Source: an uncultured Clostridia bacterium
Lineage (GTDB): Bacteria; Bacillota; Clostridia; Oscillospirales; Oscillospiraceae
Length of the DNA stretch: 64,000 nt
Direction: 5' to 3'
Assembly (NCBI GenBank): GCA_937957765.1
Contig: CALFXG010000043.1
Span: 30,213-94,212, forward strand
This document shows, piece after piece, positions 38,862 to 49,474 of this stretch; position 1 is the stretch's first letter; the number at the start of each line of letters is the position of its first letter. The notes beneath the pieces are model-generated. The model had not been told where the DNA came from, did not search any database, and saw only the letters and a program-made list of their open reading frames with translations. Position numbers and translations under genes: made by a program.

Positions 38862-40227
38862 GATTACACTCCGTCAGGCAGCCGCCTGGTGCGGCGGCAC
38901 GGTGGAAGAGAAATACGCGGACGTTACATTCCTCGGGGCCACCAACGATACCCGCACGCTCCAGCCGGGGCAGCTGTTCGTTGCCCTCCAGGGCGTGCGC
39001 GACGGCCACGAGTTCATTGACGACGCCATGGCCAAGGGCGCGGCGGCAGTGCTGTGCACTCGCATGGTGGGAGACTATCCGGCCATCTACGTATCCAATA
39101 CCCGTCTGGCGCTGGGCGAGATCGCCCGGCGGGAGAGAATGCGCATCGGCATGCAGGTGGTGGGCATCACCGGCTCCGTGGGCAAAAGCACCACCAAGGA
39201 AATGGTAGCCCAGGTGCTGGAGACCACCTTCCGCACGGCCAAGACCCCCGCCAATCACAACAATGACATCGGCATGCCCATGGCTATCCTGGGGATGCCG
39301 GAGGATACCCAGGTGGCCGTGGTGGAGATGGGCATGAACCATTTCCGGGAGATGGCCTACCTGTCCCGCATTGCCCGGCCGGACCTGGCGGTGATCCTGA
39401 ACATCGGCACCATGCACATGGAATTCCTCGGCTCCCAGGAGGGGATCCGCAAGGCAAAGATGGAGATCCTGGAGGGAATGGCCCCCGAGGGCAGGGTGCT
39501 GCTCAACGGAGACGACGCATTGCTTCGCAGCCTGGAGGAGCAGCCGACGCAGCCCATCCTCTATTATGGAACGGACAGCAGCCTGAATGTCTACGCTACG
39601 GATATCAAGCAGGGCAAGATGCTGCGCTTTACGGTACATGACGACGGCGGCGATTCCTTCCCCGTCCGGCTGCACGTGGATGGAGCGCACTATGTGTCCG
39701 ATGCCCTGGCCGCCGCCACGGTGGGCCTGGCCATGGGCGTTACCCCGGCGAACATCCGCAACGGTCTGGATGCGTTCCGCAACATGGCAGGCCGCCAGGA
39801 GGTCCTGGAGGTCGGCGGCATCACCATCATCAAGGACTGCTACAACGCCGGCCCTGAGTCTATGGAGGCCGCGCTGAAGGTGCTGGGCGCCAAGCCCGGC
39901 CGCCGGATCGCGGTGCTGGGGGACATGCTGGAGCTGGGGGCCTGCACCTCGGCGGAGCATTACCGGGTGGGCCGCCTGGCCGCGGAAAAAAGCGACCTGG
40001 TGTTCGCCTTCGGTCCCAATGCCGATCGGGTGGCGGCGGGCTGCCTCACCGGCGGCCTGGAGGGCTATCGCGCCCAGGCCTTTACGGACAAGGAAAAGAT
40101 CATTGCCGCGGTGAAGCGAACGCTGAAGCCCGGCGATGTGGTCCTGGTAAAGGGCAGCCGGGGCATGCACATGGAGCAGATCGTAGACGCCATTGCGGCG
40201 GACGGAAAAGAGAAAGTGGGGAAATAA
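38854..40227 (+). CDS. murF: UDP-N-acetylmuramoyl-tripeptide--D-alanyl-D-alanine ligase
   Basis: Mur ligase fold (GITGSVGKSTTKEM). Confidence 0.9.
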   Translation: MGKITLRQAAAWCGGTVEEKYADVTFLGATNDTRTLQPGQLFVALQGVRDGHEFIDDAMAKGAAAVLCTRMVGDYPAIYVSNTRLALGEIARRERMRIGMQVVGITGSVGKSTTKEMVAQVLETTFRTAKTPANHNNDIGMPMAILGMPEDTQVAVVEMGMNHFREMAYLSRIARPDLAVILNIGTMHMEFLGSQEGIRKAKMEILEGMAPEGRVLLNGDDALLRSLEEQPTQPILYYGTDSSLNVYATDIKQGKMLRFTVHDDGGDSFPVRLHVDGAHYVSDALAAATVGLAMGVTPANIRNGLDAFRNMAGRQEVLEVGGITIIKDCYNAGPESMEAALKVLGAKPGRRIAVLGDMLELGACTSAEHYRVGRLAAEKSDLVFAFGPNADRVAAGCLTGGLEGYRAQAFTDKEKIIAAVKRTLKPGDVVLVKGSRGMHMEQIVDAIAADGKEKVGK

Positions 40228-40230
40228 CCG

Positions 40231-41217
40231 ATGGATCCGATGCTTCGTATTCTGATCACTGCCGCAGTCTCCTGCGTTTTGGCGGGCATTATCATTCATT
40301 TTCTGCTGCCGGTGCTTCACGCGCTGAAGGCGGGGCAGTCCATCCGCAAGATCGGCCCCACCTGGCACAACAACAAGGCGGGCACTCCGCTGATGGGCGG
40401 GCTGATGTTCATCTTCTCCAGCCTGCTGTGCCTGCTGGGGAACCTGCCCTGGATGGAGGACTATACCCCGTTTTATGTGTTCGCCCTGGCGTTCTGCTTC
40501 GGCATCATCGGCTTTTTAGATGATTTCTGCAAGGTCAAGTTCAAGCGCGACCTGGGCCTGACCGCTATCCAGAAGGCAATGCTGCAAATGGCGGTGTCCG
40601 CGGTCTTTGTGTATGTGCTCTACCGCACCCACAGCCTGACCTGCGATCTGTATATCCCCTTTACGGATGTGACGATCTATCTGCCTCTGCCGGTGTATAT
40701 CGTTTTTGCCATGTTCGTCATGGTGGGCTGCGACAACGCGGTGAACCTGACCGACGGCATCGACGGGCTGAGCAGCTCTGTCACCATTCCTGTGCTGGTA
40801 TTCTTCACGGCGGCCAGCGTGGCGCTGAAGCGTTATGATCTGGCGCTGATGCCCGCCGCCATGATCGGCGGATTGCTGGCCTACCTGAGCCTGAATTGGC
40901 ATCCGGCCAAGCTCTTTATGGGCGACACCGGCTCGCTGTTCATGGGCGGTGTGGTGTGCGCCATGTCCTTTGCATTGGACATGCCGCTGGTGCTGATCCT
41001 GGTGGGCTTTGTGTATATCTGCGAGACGCTTTCCGTGATTTTGCAGGTGACCTATTTTAAGCTGACCCATGGCAAGCGCCTGTTTAAAATGTCCCCCATC
41101 CACCATCACTTTGAGATGTGCGGCTGGAAGGAGGAAAAGATCGTGCTCATCTTTGCGGCGGTGTCCGCACTGATGTGCATCCTGGCCTGGTTCAGCATTT
41201 CCGGGAAGATCGGATGA
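40231..41217 (+). CDS. mraY: phospho-N-acetylmuramoyl-pentapeptide-transferase
   Basis: 10-TM glycosyltransferase family 4 with conserved DD and HHH motifs. Confidence 0.9.
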   Translation: MDPMLRILITAAVSCVLAGIIIHFLLPVLHALKAGQSIRKIGPTWHNNKAGTPLMGGLMFIFSSLLCLLGNLPWMEDYTPFYVFALAFCFGIIGFLDDFCKVKFKRDLGLTAIQKAMLQMAVSAVFVYVLYRTHSLTCDLYIPFTDVTIYLPLPVYIVFAMFVMVGCDNAVNLTDGIDGLSSSVTIPVLVFFTAASVALKRYDLALMPAAMIGGLLAYLSLNWHPAKLFMGDTGSLFMGGVVCAMSFALDMPLVLILVGFVYICETLSVILQVTYFKLTHGKRLFKMSPIHHHFEMCGWKEEKIVLIFAAVSALMCILAWFSISGKIG

Positions 41218-41264
41218 TCGATTTTTACGCCCGCGTTGGCGGGCGGCGGCGAAAGGGAGCAAGT

Positions 41265-42419
41265 ATGGCAGCAGCAATGCATGCCAAAGAGGACCGTCGC
41301 CCCCTGGGGGCGATGCCAAGTGTGGACTATCCCTTTTTGATCCTGGTGCTGCTGGCGCTGATCGTGGGGCTTACGGTGCTCTACTCCGCCAGCTTTGCCC
41401 AGAGTGAATACGATACCGGGTATCAAAGCTCCACCCGGTATCTGCAAAAGCAGGCCATCTGCGCCGGGATCGGGCTGGCGGCCTTGGCGGCGTTCAGCCG
41501 CATTCCGGCAAACATGTGGCTCCGCTTTGCCTGGCCCATGTACCTGGGCAGCATTTTGCTGCTGCTGGGGGTGCTGGTGGTGGGCGAGTCGGTGAACGGC
41601 GCAAGGCGCTGGATCAACGTGGCCGGTATCCAGTTCCAGCCCTCGGAGCTTGCCAAATTTACAATGATCCTGATGTTCGGGCGGCTGACCCGGAAGTACG
41701 GCGACCGGGCGGAAAAATTCCGCTACGGCGTCCTGGGCTTTGGGGCGGCCATGCTGGGCATTCTGGTGCCGCTGGCACTGGAAAAGCACCTGAGCGCCAT
41801 CATGCTGATGGGCATGGTGGGCGTGGTGATGATGTTTGTGGCGGGCACCCGCGTCCGATGGCTCCTGGCCGGGGCCGGGGCGGCGGCTGTGTTTGTGGTG
41901 ATCTACGTCAGCCTGATGGGCTACGCCGGTGACCGCATTACCGCCTGGCTCCACCCGGAGCGCGACCCCGGGGACACGGGCTATCAGATTTTGCAATCCC
42001 TGTACGCCATCGGTTCCGGGGGCGTATTCGGACTTGGCTTCGGAAAAAGCAGGCAGAAATATCTTTATCTGCCCTTTCAATATAACGACTATATCTTTGC
42101 GGTCATCTGCGAGGAGCTGGGACTGGTGGGGGCTTCGGCCGTCATGCTGCTCCTGGCCGCGCTGATCCTGCGGGGCTATTGGGTGGCGCTGCATGCCCAG
42201 GACCGATTTTCTACGGTGCTGGCGGCGGGGCTGATCACCCTCATTGCCGTGCAGACGGTGCTGAACCTGGGCGTGGTGACCAATCTGCTGCCGTCCACCG
42301 GCATCGCCCTGCCGTTCTTTTCCTACGGCGGGACGGCGCTGGCGGTGAATCTGGGGGAGATGGGCATTGTGCTCAGCATTTCCCGGCACTGCGGCGAGAG
42401 AAAAATTTTGGAGGCTTGA
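41265..42419 (+). CDS. ftsW: FtsW/SpoVE-family peptidoglycan polymerase
   Basis: SEDS-family membrane protein; start chosen at the ATG after RBS aagggag (41265), downstream of the mraY stop. Confidence 0.8.
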   Translation: MAAAMHAKEDRRPLGAMPSVDYPFLILVLLALIVGLTVLYSASFAQSEYDTGYQSSTRYLQKQAICAGIGLAALAAFSRIPANMWLRFAWPMYLGSILLLLGVLVVGESVNGARRWINVAGIQFQPSELAKFTMILMFGRLTRKYGDRAEKFRYGVLGFGAAMLGILVPLALEKHLSAIMLMGMVGVVMMFVAGTRVRWLLAGAGAAAVFVVIYVSLMGYAGDRITAWLHPERDPGDTGYQILQSLYAIGSGGVFGLGFGKSRQKYLYLPFQYNDYIFAVICEELGLVGASAVMLLLAALILRGYWVALHAQDRFSTVLAAGLITLIAVQTVLNLGVVTNLLPSTGIALPFFSYGGTALAVNLGEMGIVLSISRHCGERKILEA

Positions 42420-42422
42420 ACC

Positions 42423-43550
42423 ATGAATCTGATTTTCACCTGCGGCGGGACCGCCGGTCATATCAACCCGGCGCTGGCCGTGGCAAACATGATGCGGGAG
42501 CGCCACCCGGATTGCCGGATCCTGTTTATCGGCGCGACGGACCATATGGAGGAGAAGCTGGTGCCCCAGGCGGGGTATGAGCTGAAGTGTCTCCCCGGCT
42601 CCGGCCTGAGCCGGAAGCTCAGCCCGGCCGGTATCAAGCAGAATTTCCGCGCGGTGAAGCGCGTGCTGGACGCGGTGCGGGAGTGCAAGCGGATCTTCCG
42701 GGAATTTCAGCCGGATGTGATCATCGGCACCGGCGGCTATGCCAGCTTCCCGGCGCTGTACGCGGGTTCTGCCATGAAGATCCCTGTGTGCGTCCATGAG
42801 AGCAACGCCGTTCCCGGCGTCACCACCAAGCTGGCGGCCCGGCTGGCCGACCGGGTGCTGGTCTGCTTTGAGGAGAGCAAAAAGCTCTATCCCAACCCCG
42901 CCAAGGTAGAGGTGGTGGGAATGCCCGTGCGCAAGGAATTCATCTACGGCGATCGGGAGAAGGCCCGGCGGGAGCTGGGTATCGGCGACGAGCCGGTGGT
43001 GCTCTCCGCCTTCGGCAGCCTGGGCGCAAAGGTGATGAACCAGACCATGGCGGAGCTGTTCCGCCTGGAAAAGGAGGAGAATTTCCCCTTCCGCCACATC
43101 CATGCCACCGGCAGCTTCGGCTGGGAATGGATGCCGGGGCTGGTGCGTGAAAAGGGCATCGACTTGGAGCGCGACAGCCGCGTTGAAATGAAGGAATACT
43201 TCTACAACATGCCCACCCTGATGGCGGCGGCGGACGTGATGATCAGCCGTGCCGGAGCTTCCACCTGCAATGAGATCGCGGCCGCCGGACTGCCCTGCAT
43301 CCTGATCCCATCGCCCAACGTCACCAACAATCATCAGGAGAAGAACGCCCGGGTGCTGGAGGGCAGGCAGGGCGCGGTGGTGGTGCTGGAAAAGGACTGC
43401 ACTGCCCCGGCGCTTTACGGCGAGATCAAGTCGCTCCTTGCAGACCCCGGCCGCCGGGCGGAGATGGGAAAGAACCTGCGCCAGATGGTGCGGCTTGACA
43501 GCGCCGAGCGGATCTGTGATATTGTCGAGCAGATAGCCAAGCGCGCTTAA
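42423..43550 (+). CDS. murG: UDP-N-acetylglucosamine--N-acetylmuramyl-(pentapeptide) pyrophosphoryl-undecaprenol N-acetylglucosamine transferase
   Basis: GT28 motifs (FTCGGTAGHINPA). Confidence 0.9.
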   Translation: MNLIFTCGGTAGHINPALAVANMMRERHPDCRILFIGATDHMEEKLVPQAGYELKCLPGSGLSRKLSPAGIKQNFRAVKRVLDAVRECKRIFREFQPDVIIGTGGYASFPALYAGSAMKIPVCVHESNAVPGVTTKLAARLADRVLVCFEESKKLYPNPAKVEVVGMPVRKEFIYGDREKARRELGIGDEPVVLSAFGSLGAKVMNQTMAELFRLEKEENFPFRHIHATGSFGWEWMPGLVREKGIDLERDSRVEMKEYFYNMPTLMAAADVMISRAGASTCNEIAAAGLPCILIPSPNVTNNHQEKNARVLEGRQGAVVVLEKDCTAPALYGEIKSLLADPGRRAEMGKNLRQMVRLDSAERICDIVEQIAKRA

Positions 43551-43659
43551 GCACCCAAGAAAGCAACCCCATACCGCTTAGAATATCATCGAACTGGATC
43601 AGAAGCTTCCTGATTCGGAAAACGGATCCCCAAGATAACCGCTTTCCAGGAGGAAAAAC

Positions 43660-44976
43660 ATGGAAACAAAAGAAAAGAAACGGGAGAAGAGCGCCCCGTC
43701 AAAGAAGCGCCCCGCCGCGAAGAGCGCTGTCCCCGACCGCCGCGCCCCGGCCCGCACGGCCCGCCCGCAGCGGCCCCAGGCGGACCCCAACGCCTCTTAC
43801 GAGGTATATGTGCCCGACACGGAGAGCCAGCGCACCCGCCATGCCGCAGATGCCCGGGATACAGCGCCCGCCCGCGCGCCCCGCAAGGCGTCTGCCGCTC
43901 CCAGGAAGCGGCGGCCCGCCGCCGGGCAGGATGCCGACTACCAGCCCTACCGTCGGGCAAACCAGCGCAGCAAAGTGCAGAAAAAGCAGAATCTCCGGCA
44001 GCGGGTAGCCAGGTTCTTCTCCTATCAGAACCCGGTGGCCAAGCTCTTTTACAAAGAGGACCCCTCTGTATTCGGCGACGATGCCAGCGCTGTCCGCCGG
44101 GAAAAGCGGGCGGCAGAGGCGGAACGCAAGCGCAAGCGGGCCGAGCGGCTGAATACTCCAGCTGCCATTTACACCCAGCCCACGTCCTTTAACAGCCGCC
44201 GCCTGGCCATTCAGATGATCACCATTCTGGGCCTGGTGCTGGCACTGGTGCTGGGCATGTCGGTGTTCTTCAAGGTGGAGAACGTGGCAGTGGTGGGCGC
44301 GCAGTCATACAGCCCTGAAGCCATCCGGGATCAGGCCGGCATCAAGAAAGGGGAGAACCTGCTCACCCTGGGCAGGACCAAAGCCTCCGGCAAGATCATT
44401 GCCAACCTTCCCTATGTAAAAAGTGCCAGGATTGGAATAAAATTGCCGGATACGGTTATTATTGAGATAGAGGAGTCCCCTGTCCTTTACTCCATTCAGG
44501 ACCAGGACGGCGTATGGTGGCTGATCAATTCCGACGGCAAGGTGGCCGAACAGACCAATGCCCAAACCGCCCGCGGCTATACAAAGGTCCTGGGCGTGAC
44601 CATCTATCAGCCCCAGGCCGGTGAGGCCGCCGTGGCCACCGAAACAGCGCCCACCGAGACAGATCCCTCCGGCGAGTCCATCCCTGTGCTCATTACCGGG
44701 ATGCAGCGCCTCAACGCGGCGCTGAAGATCCTTCAGGAGCTGGAGCTGAACGACATCGTGGGCGACGCGGCCAGCGTGGACGTGAGCCAGCTCCAGGACA
44801 TCATCCTGTGGTACGGCACCCAGTACCAGGTGAACCTGGGCGATATCGATCGGATCGAAATGAAAATTCCCTACATGAAGAGCGCCATTGCGCAGATGAG
44901 CGACTACCAGACCGGCATTCTGGACATCAGCTTCACCACCTGGACCAACGAAATTGGCTATACACCCTTCGGATGA
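43660..44976 (+). CDS. ftsQ: cell division protein FtsQ/DivIB with ~200-aa basic disordered N-terminal tail
   Basis: Arg/Ala/Pro-rich cytoplasmic region, one TM helix (ITILGLVLALVLGMSVFF), then POTRA and FtsQ domains. Confidence 0.7.
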   Translation: METKEKKREKSAPSKKRPAAKSAVPDRRAPARTARPQRPQADPNASYEVYVPDTESQRTRHAADARDTAPARAPRKASAAPRKRRPAAGQDADYQPYRRANQRSKVQKKQNLRQRVARFFSYQNPVAKLFYKEDPSVFGDDASAVRREKRAAEAERKRKRAERLNTPAAIYTQPTSFNSRRLAIQMITILGLVLALVLGMSVFFKVENVAVVGAQSYSPEAIRDQAGIKKGENLLTLGRTKASGKIIANLPYVKSARIGIKLPDTVIIEIEESPVLYSIQDQDGVWWLINSDGKVAEQTNAQTARGYTKVLGVTIYQPQAGEAAVATETAPTETDPSGESIPVLITGMQRLNAALKILQELELNDIVGDAASVDVSQLQDIILWYGTQYQVNLGDIDRIEMKIPYMKSAIAQMSDYQTGILDISFTTWTNEIGYTPFG

Positions 44977-45010
44977 CGGGAATATTTTGCCGAAAAAATG
45001 AGATTTTCTA

Positions 45011-45039
45011 TTGACCAATCCGCATTTTCACGCTAGAAT
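45011..45039 (+). promoter_or_regulatory. promoter TTGACC-17-TAGAAT upstream of ftsZ
   Basis: -35 at 45011-16, -10 at 45034-39; RBS aggagg before the ATG at 45113. Confidence 0.55.
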
Positions 45040-45112
45040 AGAAAAGCATAGGTGAAATTACTGCGGCAATTCCGGCTGCGCTGCGTATCACGATACATAG
45101 GAGGAAGAATAT

Positions 45113-46210
<1,098 letters not shown>

Positions 46211-46214
46211 AACG

Positions 46215-46254
46215 AGGGGTGCTGTCTCACAGGCGTGGGGCAGCACCTTTTTTC
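46215..46254 (+). terminator. rho-independent terminator after ftsZ
   Basis: ggtgctg...cagcacc hairpin followed by TTTTTT. Confidence 0.6.
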
Positions 46255-46273
46255 TGTGGCGTGGAGATTGATT

Positions 46274-47023
46274 ATGGATTCATACAAAGCGCTGTCAGCC
46301 AGCTACGACCGGCTGACCAGCGATGTGGACTATCGCGCCGTGGTGGCGTTTTATTTTGAGATCATCCGGCGGGAGAAGGTCGCGGTGCGTACCGCCGCCG
46401 ATCTGGCCTGCGGCACCGGCTCTGTGACGGCGCTGCTGGCGCAAAGAGGCCTGCCGGTGGTCGGGGTGGATTTGTCCGAGGACATGCTGACCCAGGCGCA
46501 GCAAAAGACCCAGGCGCTGACCCCGCGCCCGGTGTTCCTGCACCAGGATCTGGCAAGACTTTACCTTCCTCGGGGAGTGGATCTGGCGGTGTGCGCCCTG
46601 GACAGCCTGGATTACATCATCGCCCCTGATGACTGCGCCGCCGCCATCAGGCGCGTCTACAAGGCCCTGAATCCCGGCGGCATTTTCATTTTTGATGTGA
46701 ACACCCCGGAAAAGCTCCAAGCCATGGACGGTCAGGTTTTCCTGGACGAGGACGAAAATGTTTACTGCGTCTGGCGGGGGGAATTTGACAGGAAAAGTAA
46801 TATCTGCTCCTACGGCATGGATCTGTTTCAGCGGCAGGGAAATATGTGGCGGCGCTCCTTTGAAGAGCATCGGGAGTATGCCTATACCCGCCCGCAGCTG
46901 ACACGCTTTTTAAAGGCGGCGGGCTTTACTGGAATTCACGTATACGGCGACCGAACCTTTGCGGCCCCCGGGGAAGGGGAGCAGCGGATGTTTTTCAGCG
47001 CCAGGAAAGGAAAAATAAAATGA
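46274..47023 (+). CDS. class I SAM-dependent methyltransferase
   Basis: SAM motif DLACGTGS; start at MDSYKAL. Confidence 0.65.
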   Translation: MDSYKALSASYDRLTSDVDYRAVVAFYFEIIRREKVAVRTAADLACGTGSVTALLAQRGLPVVGVDLSEDMLTQAQQKTQALTPRPVFLHQDLARLYLPRGVDLAVCALDSLDYIIAPDDCAAAIRRVYKALNPGGIFIFDVNTPEKLQAMDGQVFLDEDENVYCVWRGEFDRKSNICSYGMDLFQRQGNMWRRSFEEHREYAYTRPQLTRFLKAAGFTGIHVYGDRTFAAPGEGEQRMFFSARKGKIK

Positions 47024-47898
47024 AGGATTATCTTGTTCGCGGCATGAGCATGGACGGCTTTGTGAAGCTGGTAGCCATCCGCTCCACGGAAATTGTCCGC
47101 CGCGCCGCGCAGATTCATCATACCACCCCCAACGCCACCGCGGCCCTTGGCAGGGCGCTGACGGCGGCCTCCATGATGGGCAATATGCAGAAGGTGGAGG
47201 ACGGCTCCATGACCATGCAGGTCCGCGGCGGCGGCCCCATCGGCACCATCACGGTAGTGTCCGACGCCGTAGGCAACGTGCGCGGCTGTGTGACGGAGCC
47301 CCGTGTTCCGCTGGTGGAGAAATACCCCGGTAAGCTGGATGTTGGGGCCACCGTGGGCACCGACGGCACCCTGACGGTGATCCGTGACCTCCGGCTGAAG
47401 GAGCCGTATGTGGGCTCTACGGCGCTGGTATCCGGCGAGATCGCAGACGATGTGACCGCCTATTTTGCCCAGAGCGAACAGACCCCCACCGCCTGCGCCC
47501 TTGGCGTGCTGGTAGACCGGGATCTGAGCGTCAAGGTGGCGGGGGGCTATATCGTCCAGCTGCTCCCCGGCGCGCCGGACGAGGTGATCGACAAGGTGGA
47601 GCAGGGTATCCATCGGGCCGGAGCCGTCACCCCTATGCTGGAGCAGGGTATGACCCCGGAGGATATCCTGGGTCAGGTGTTCGGGGACCTGGGCGTGGTG
47701 TTCCTGGATACCGTGGAGGTTGCCTATAAATGCTACTGCACCCGCAGCCGGGTGGAAAGCGCCCTCATCAGCCTGGGCAGGGCTGAGCTGGAGGAGATCG
47801 CGCAGGAGGGCAAGACCTTCCCTGTGGAGTGCCAGTTCTGCGATACCGTGTATCAATTTACCCCGGAGGACATTCAGACGCTGCTGGAAAAAATCTGA
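47020..47898 (+). CDS. hslO: redox-regulated chaperone Hsp33
   Basis: C-terminal zinc centre CYC...CQFC. Confidence 0.85.
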   Translation: MKDYLVRGMSMDGFVKLVAIRSTEIVRRAAQIHHTTPNATAALGRALTAASMMGNMQKVEDGSMTMQVRGGGPIGTITVVSDAVGNVRGCVTEPRVPLVEKYPGKLDVGATVGTDGTLTVIRDLRLKEPYVGSTALVSGEIADDVTAYFAQSEQTPTACALGVLVDRDLSVKVAGGYIVQLLPGAPDEVIDKVEQGIHRAGAVTPMLEQGMTPEDILGQVFGDLGVVFLDTVEVAYKCYCTRSRVESALISLGRAELEEIAQEGKTFPVECQFCDTVYQFTPEDIQTLLEKI

Positions 47899-47972
47899 TA
47901 TTTCGTCCATTTTGGTGGGAAACAGCGGGCATTTGACCTGATAATATTTTTGAAAAAATTTGGGAAAATTGC

Positions 47973-48001
47973 TTGACAAAACAGGGCCTTCCGTGTATAA
48001 T
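47973..48001 (+). promoter_or_regulatory. consensus sigma-A promoter TTGACA-17-TATAAT for tRNA operon
   Basis: -35 at 47973-78, -10 at 47996-48001. Confidence 0.65.
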
Positions 48002-48042
48002 GAATTCCGTCGCTGAGGGGAACACACGGCGGCAAGTCCCTT

Positions 48043-48118
48043 GGGAGCATAGCTCAGCTGGGAGAGCACATGCCTTACAAGCATGGGGTCACAGGTTCGA
48101 GCCCTGTTGTTCCCACCA
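48043..48118 (+). tRNA. tRNA-Val (anticodon TAC)
   Basis: Cloverleaf; anticodon loop ccTTACAag; encoded CCA. Confidence 0.85.
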
Positions 48119-48125
48119 TTTATTT

Positions 48126-48202
48126 GGCCCGGTGGTGCAGTCGGTTAGCACGCCAGCCTGTCACGCTGGAGGTCGACGGTTCGAGTCCGTTCCGGGTCGC
48201 CA
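48126..48202 (+). tRNA. tRNA-Asp (anticodon GTC)
   Basis: Acceptor stem GGCCCGG/CCGGGTC; anticodon loop cctGTCacg; encoded CCA. Confidence 0.85.
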
Positions 48203-48250
48203 TTTTTGATATCTTTTGCATCCGAGTGGAGTGCAAATTCCGCTCGATAT

Positions 48251-48326
<76 letters not shown>

Positions 48327-48329
48327 GAT

Positions 48330-48405
48330 GCGGGTGTAGCTCATCTGGTAGAGCGCCACCTTGCCAAGGTGGAGGTAGCGAGTTCGAGCCTCGTCGCCCG
48401 CTCCA
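48330..48405 (+). tRNA. tRNA-Gly (anticodon GCC)
   Basis: Acceptor GCGGGTG/CGCCCGC; anticodon loop cttGCCaag; CCA. Confidence 0.85.
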
Positions 48406-48407
48406 AA

Positions 48408-48442
48408 AAAAGATAAGGAACGCGGAGCGTTCCTTATTTCAT
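48408..48442 (+). terminator. hairpin after tRNA-Gly
   Basis: aaggaacgc-ggag-gcgttcctt followed by a T-rich tract. Confidence 0.5.
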
Positions 48443-48444
48443 AT

Positions 48445-48519
48445 GGTACCGTGGCCAAGTGGTAAGGCAAAGGTCTGCAAAACCTTCATTCGCCAGTTCA
48501 AATCTGGCCGGTACCTCCA
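48445..48519 (+). tRNA. tRNA-Cys (anticodon GCA)
   Basis: Acceptor GGTACCG/CGGTACC; anticodon loop tctGCAaaa; CCA. Confidence 0.85.
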
Positions 48520-48536
48520 TGTTTATTCAACACTTT

Positions 48537-48578
48537 AGATGCAACTTGAAATAAGTTGCATCTAAAGCGCTTTTTAGG
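48537..48578 (+). terminator. terminator of tRNA operon
   Basis: tagatgcaactt-gaaat-aagttgcatcta hairpin followed by T-rich sequence. Confidence 0.6.
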
Positions 48579-48715
48579 ATAATTTCAAGAGAAATCAACT
48601 GAGATTAGTTTTGAAATCAAAGGTAAAATGTGAACACGATTTTTTTCAGTTTCATAGATGCAAACATGCTGTGGTGCATCTTTTGAACTGTATCAGCCAT
48701 ATGCAGTCAGAGATT

Positions 48716-48975
48716 GAGCAGCGCCCTTTCTGATTTCGGAGGAAATTTGAAAAAAGGGCGCTGCTTTTTTATAGAGTTTTCAGAAATTTATCATTTGGAA
48801 ACCTGCCGTGATTTTTGTGGTGTGAAGTCATAAGAATCCCGGCTTTTTTCATTTTCAAAAAGGGCGCTGGCTTCCAGCTCCTGATTATCAGTCGTTCTTC
48901 CTTAAGCGGGAAGGGCGGCTTTTTTCGTTTTCGGAGTAAATTACCTGCGTCTGAAAAAAGGGCGCCGGAGAATAT
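48716..48975 (+). repeat. three copies of a degenerate ~55-bp hairpin-forming repeat (xxGGCGCCCTTTTT...tttcggag.aaatt...AAAAAGGGCGCxx)
   Basis: Copy 1 at 48717-48768 (13-bp perfect stem agcagcgcccttt/aaagggcgctgct); copy 2 at 48840-48876 (internally deleted); copy 3 at 48912-48968. Confidence 0.5.
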
Positions 48976-48986
48976 GGAGGTTAAAA

Positions 48987-49202
48987 GTGAAAAATCAAAT
49001 GAGTTCCAAACCTATGAGAACCGTCCCGGAATACCGTGACCACACCGGCCCTCCCGGTTTTGCAGAGAAACCCATCTGTAGGGCATCCCCACTGTGCGAG
49101 GGGTGCCCTTTTCCCAGCCATGGATTTTTGTGCCAGGGCGGTGACGGGGAATGTATGCGCACGCGATTGATGAAATTATCTGAAAAGGAGAAAACGAAAT
49201 GA
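48987..49202 (+). CDS. small cysteine-rich protein (71 aa), hypothetical; translationally coupled to DUF4314 gene
   Basis: GTG start 7 nt after ggagg; CRASPLCEGCPF...C...C motif; its stop overlaps the next ATG (ATGA). Confidence 0.4.
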   Translation: MKNQMSSKPMRTVPEYRDHTGPPGFAEKPICRASPLCEGCPFPSHGFLCQGGDGECMRTRLMKLSEKEKTK

Positions 49203-49474
49203 ATATGCCATTTCCCAGCCGTGAGCAGGTGGAGTTTATTCGAAAGAACTATCCATCCGGCACACGTGTTATGCTGAACAACATGAATGATCCATATTCC
49301 CCAGTGGAATCTGGAACCCGTGGTACTGTGCGGTACGTGGACGATTGCGGTCAGCTCGGCGTTGTCTGGGACAATGGGCGCAGCCTGTCGCTGGTTCCCG
49401 GCGTGGACAGCTATCGCAGGCTGACCCAGCAGGAGATCGCCCAGGAACAGGGGATGGAGGAGATGAAGCTGTGA
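49199..49474 (+). CDS. DUF4314-family protein (conjugative-element associated)
   Basis: 91 aa; FPSREQVEFIRKNYPSGTRV...DPYSPV...GTRGTV matches the DUF4314 pattern typical of Clostridiales ICEs. Confidence 0.55.
   Translation: MNMPFPSREQVEFIRKNYPSGTRVMLNNMNDPYSPVESGTRGTVRYVDDCGQLGVVWDNGRSLSLVPGVDSYRRLTQQEIAQEQGMEEMKL

Noticed and set aside
41106-43334. 742-aa minus-strand ORF over ftsW/murG and the 373-aa ORF 45125..46246 over ftsZ
   Set aside because: They are antisense to universally conserved dcw genes.
48445-48580. tRNA-Cys 3' end as the ICE attachment site with a direct repeat inside the element
   Set aside because: No copy of the tRNA-Cys 3' segment (ggccggtacctcca) was found between 48580 and 49000. 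Integration next to the tRNA operon is likely, but the att site cannot be confirmed from this window.
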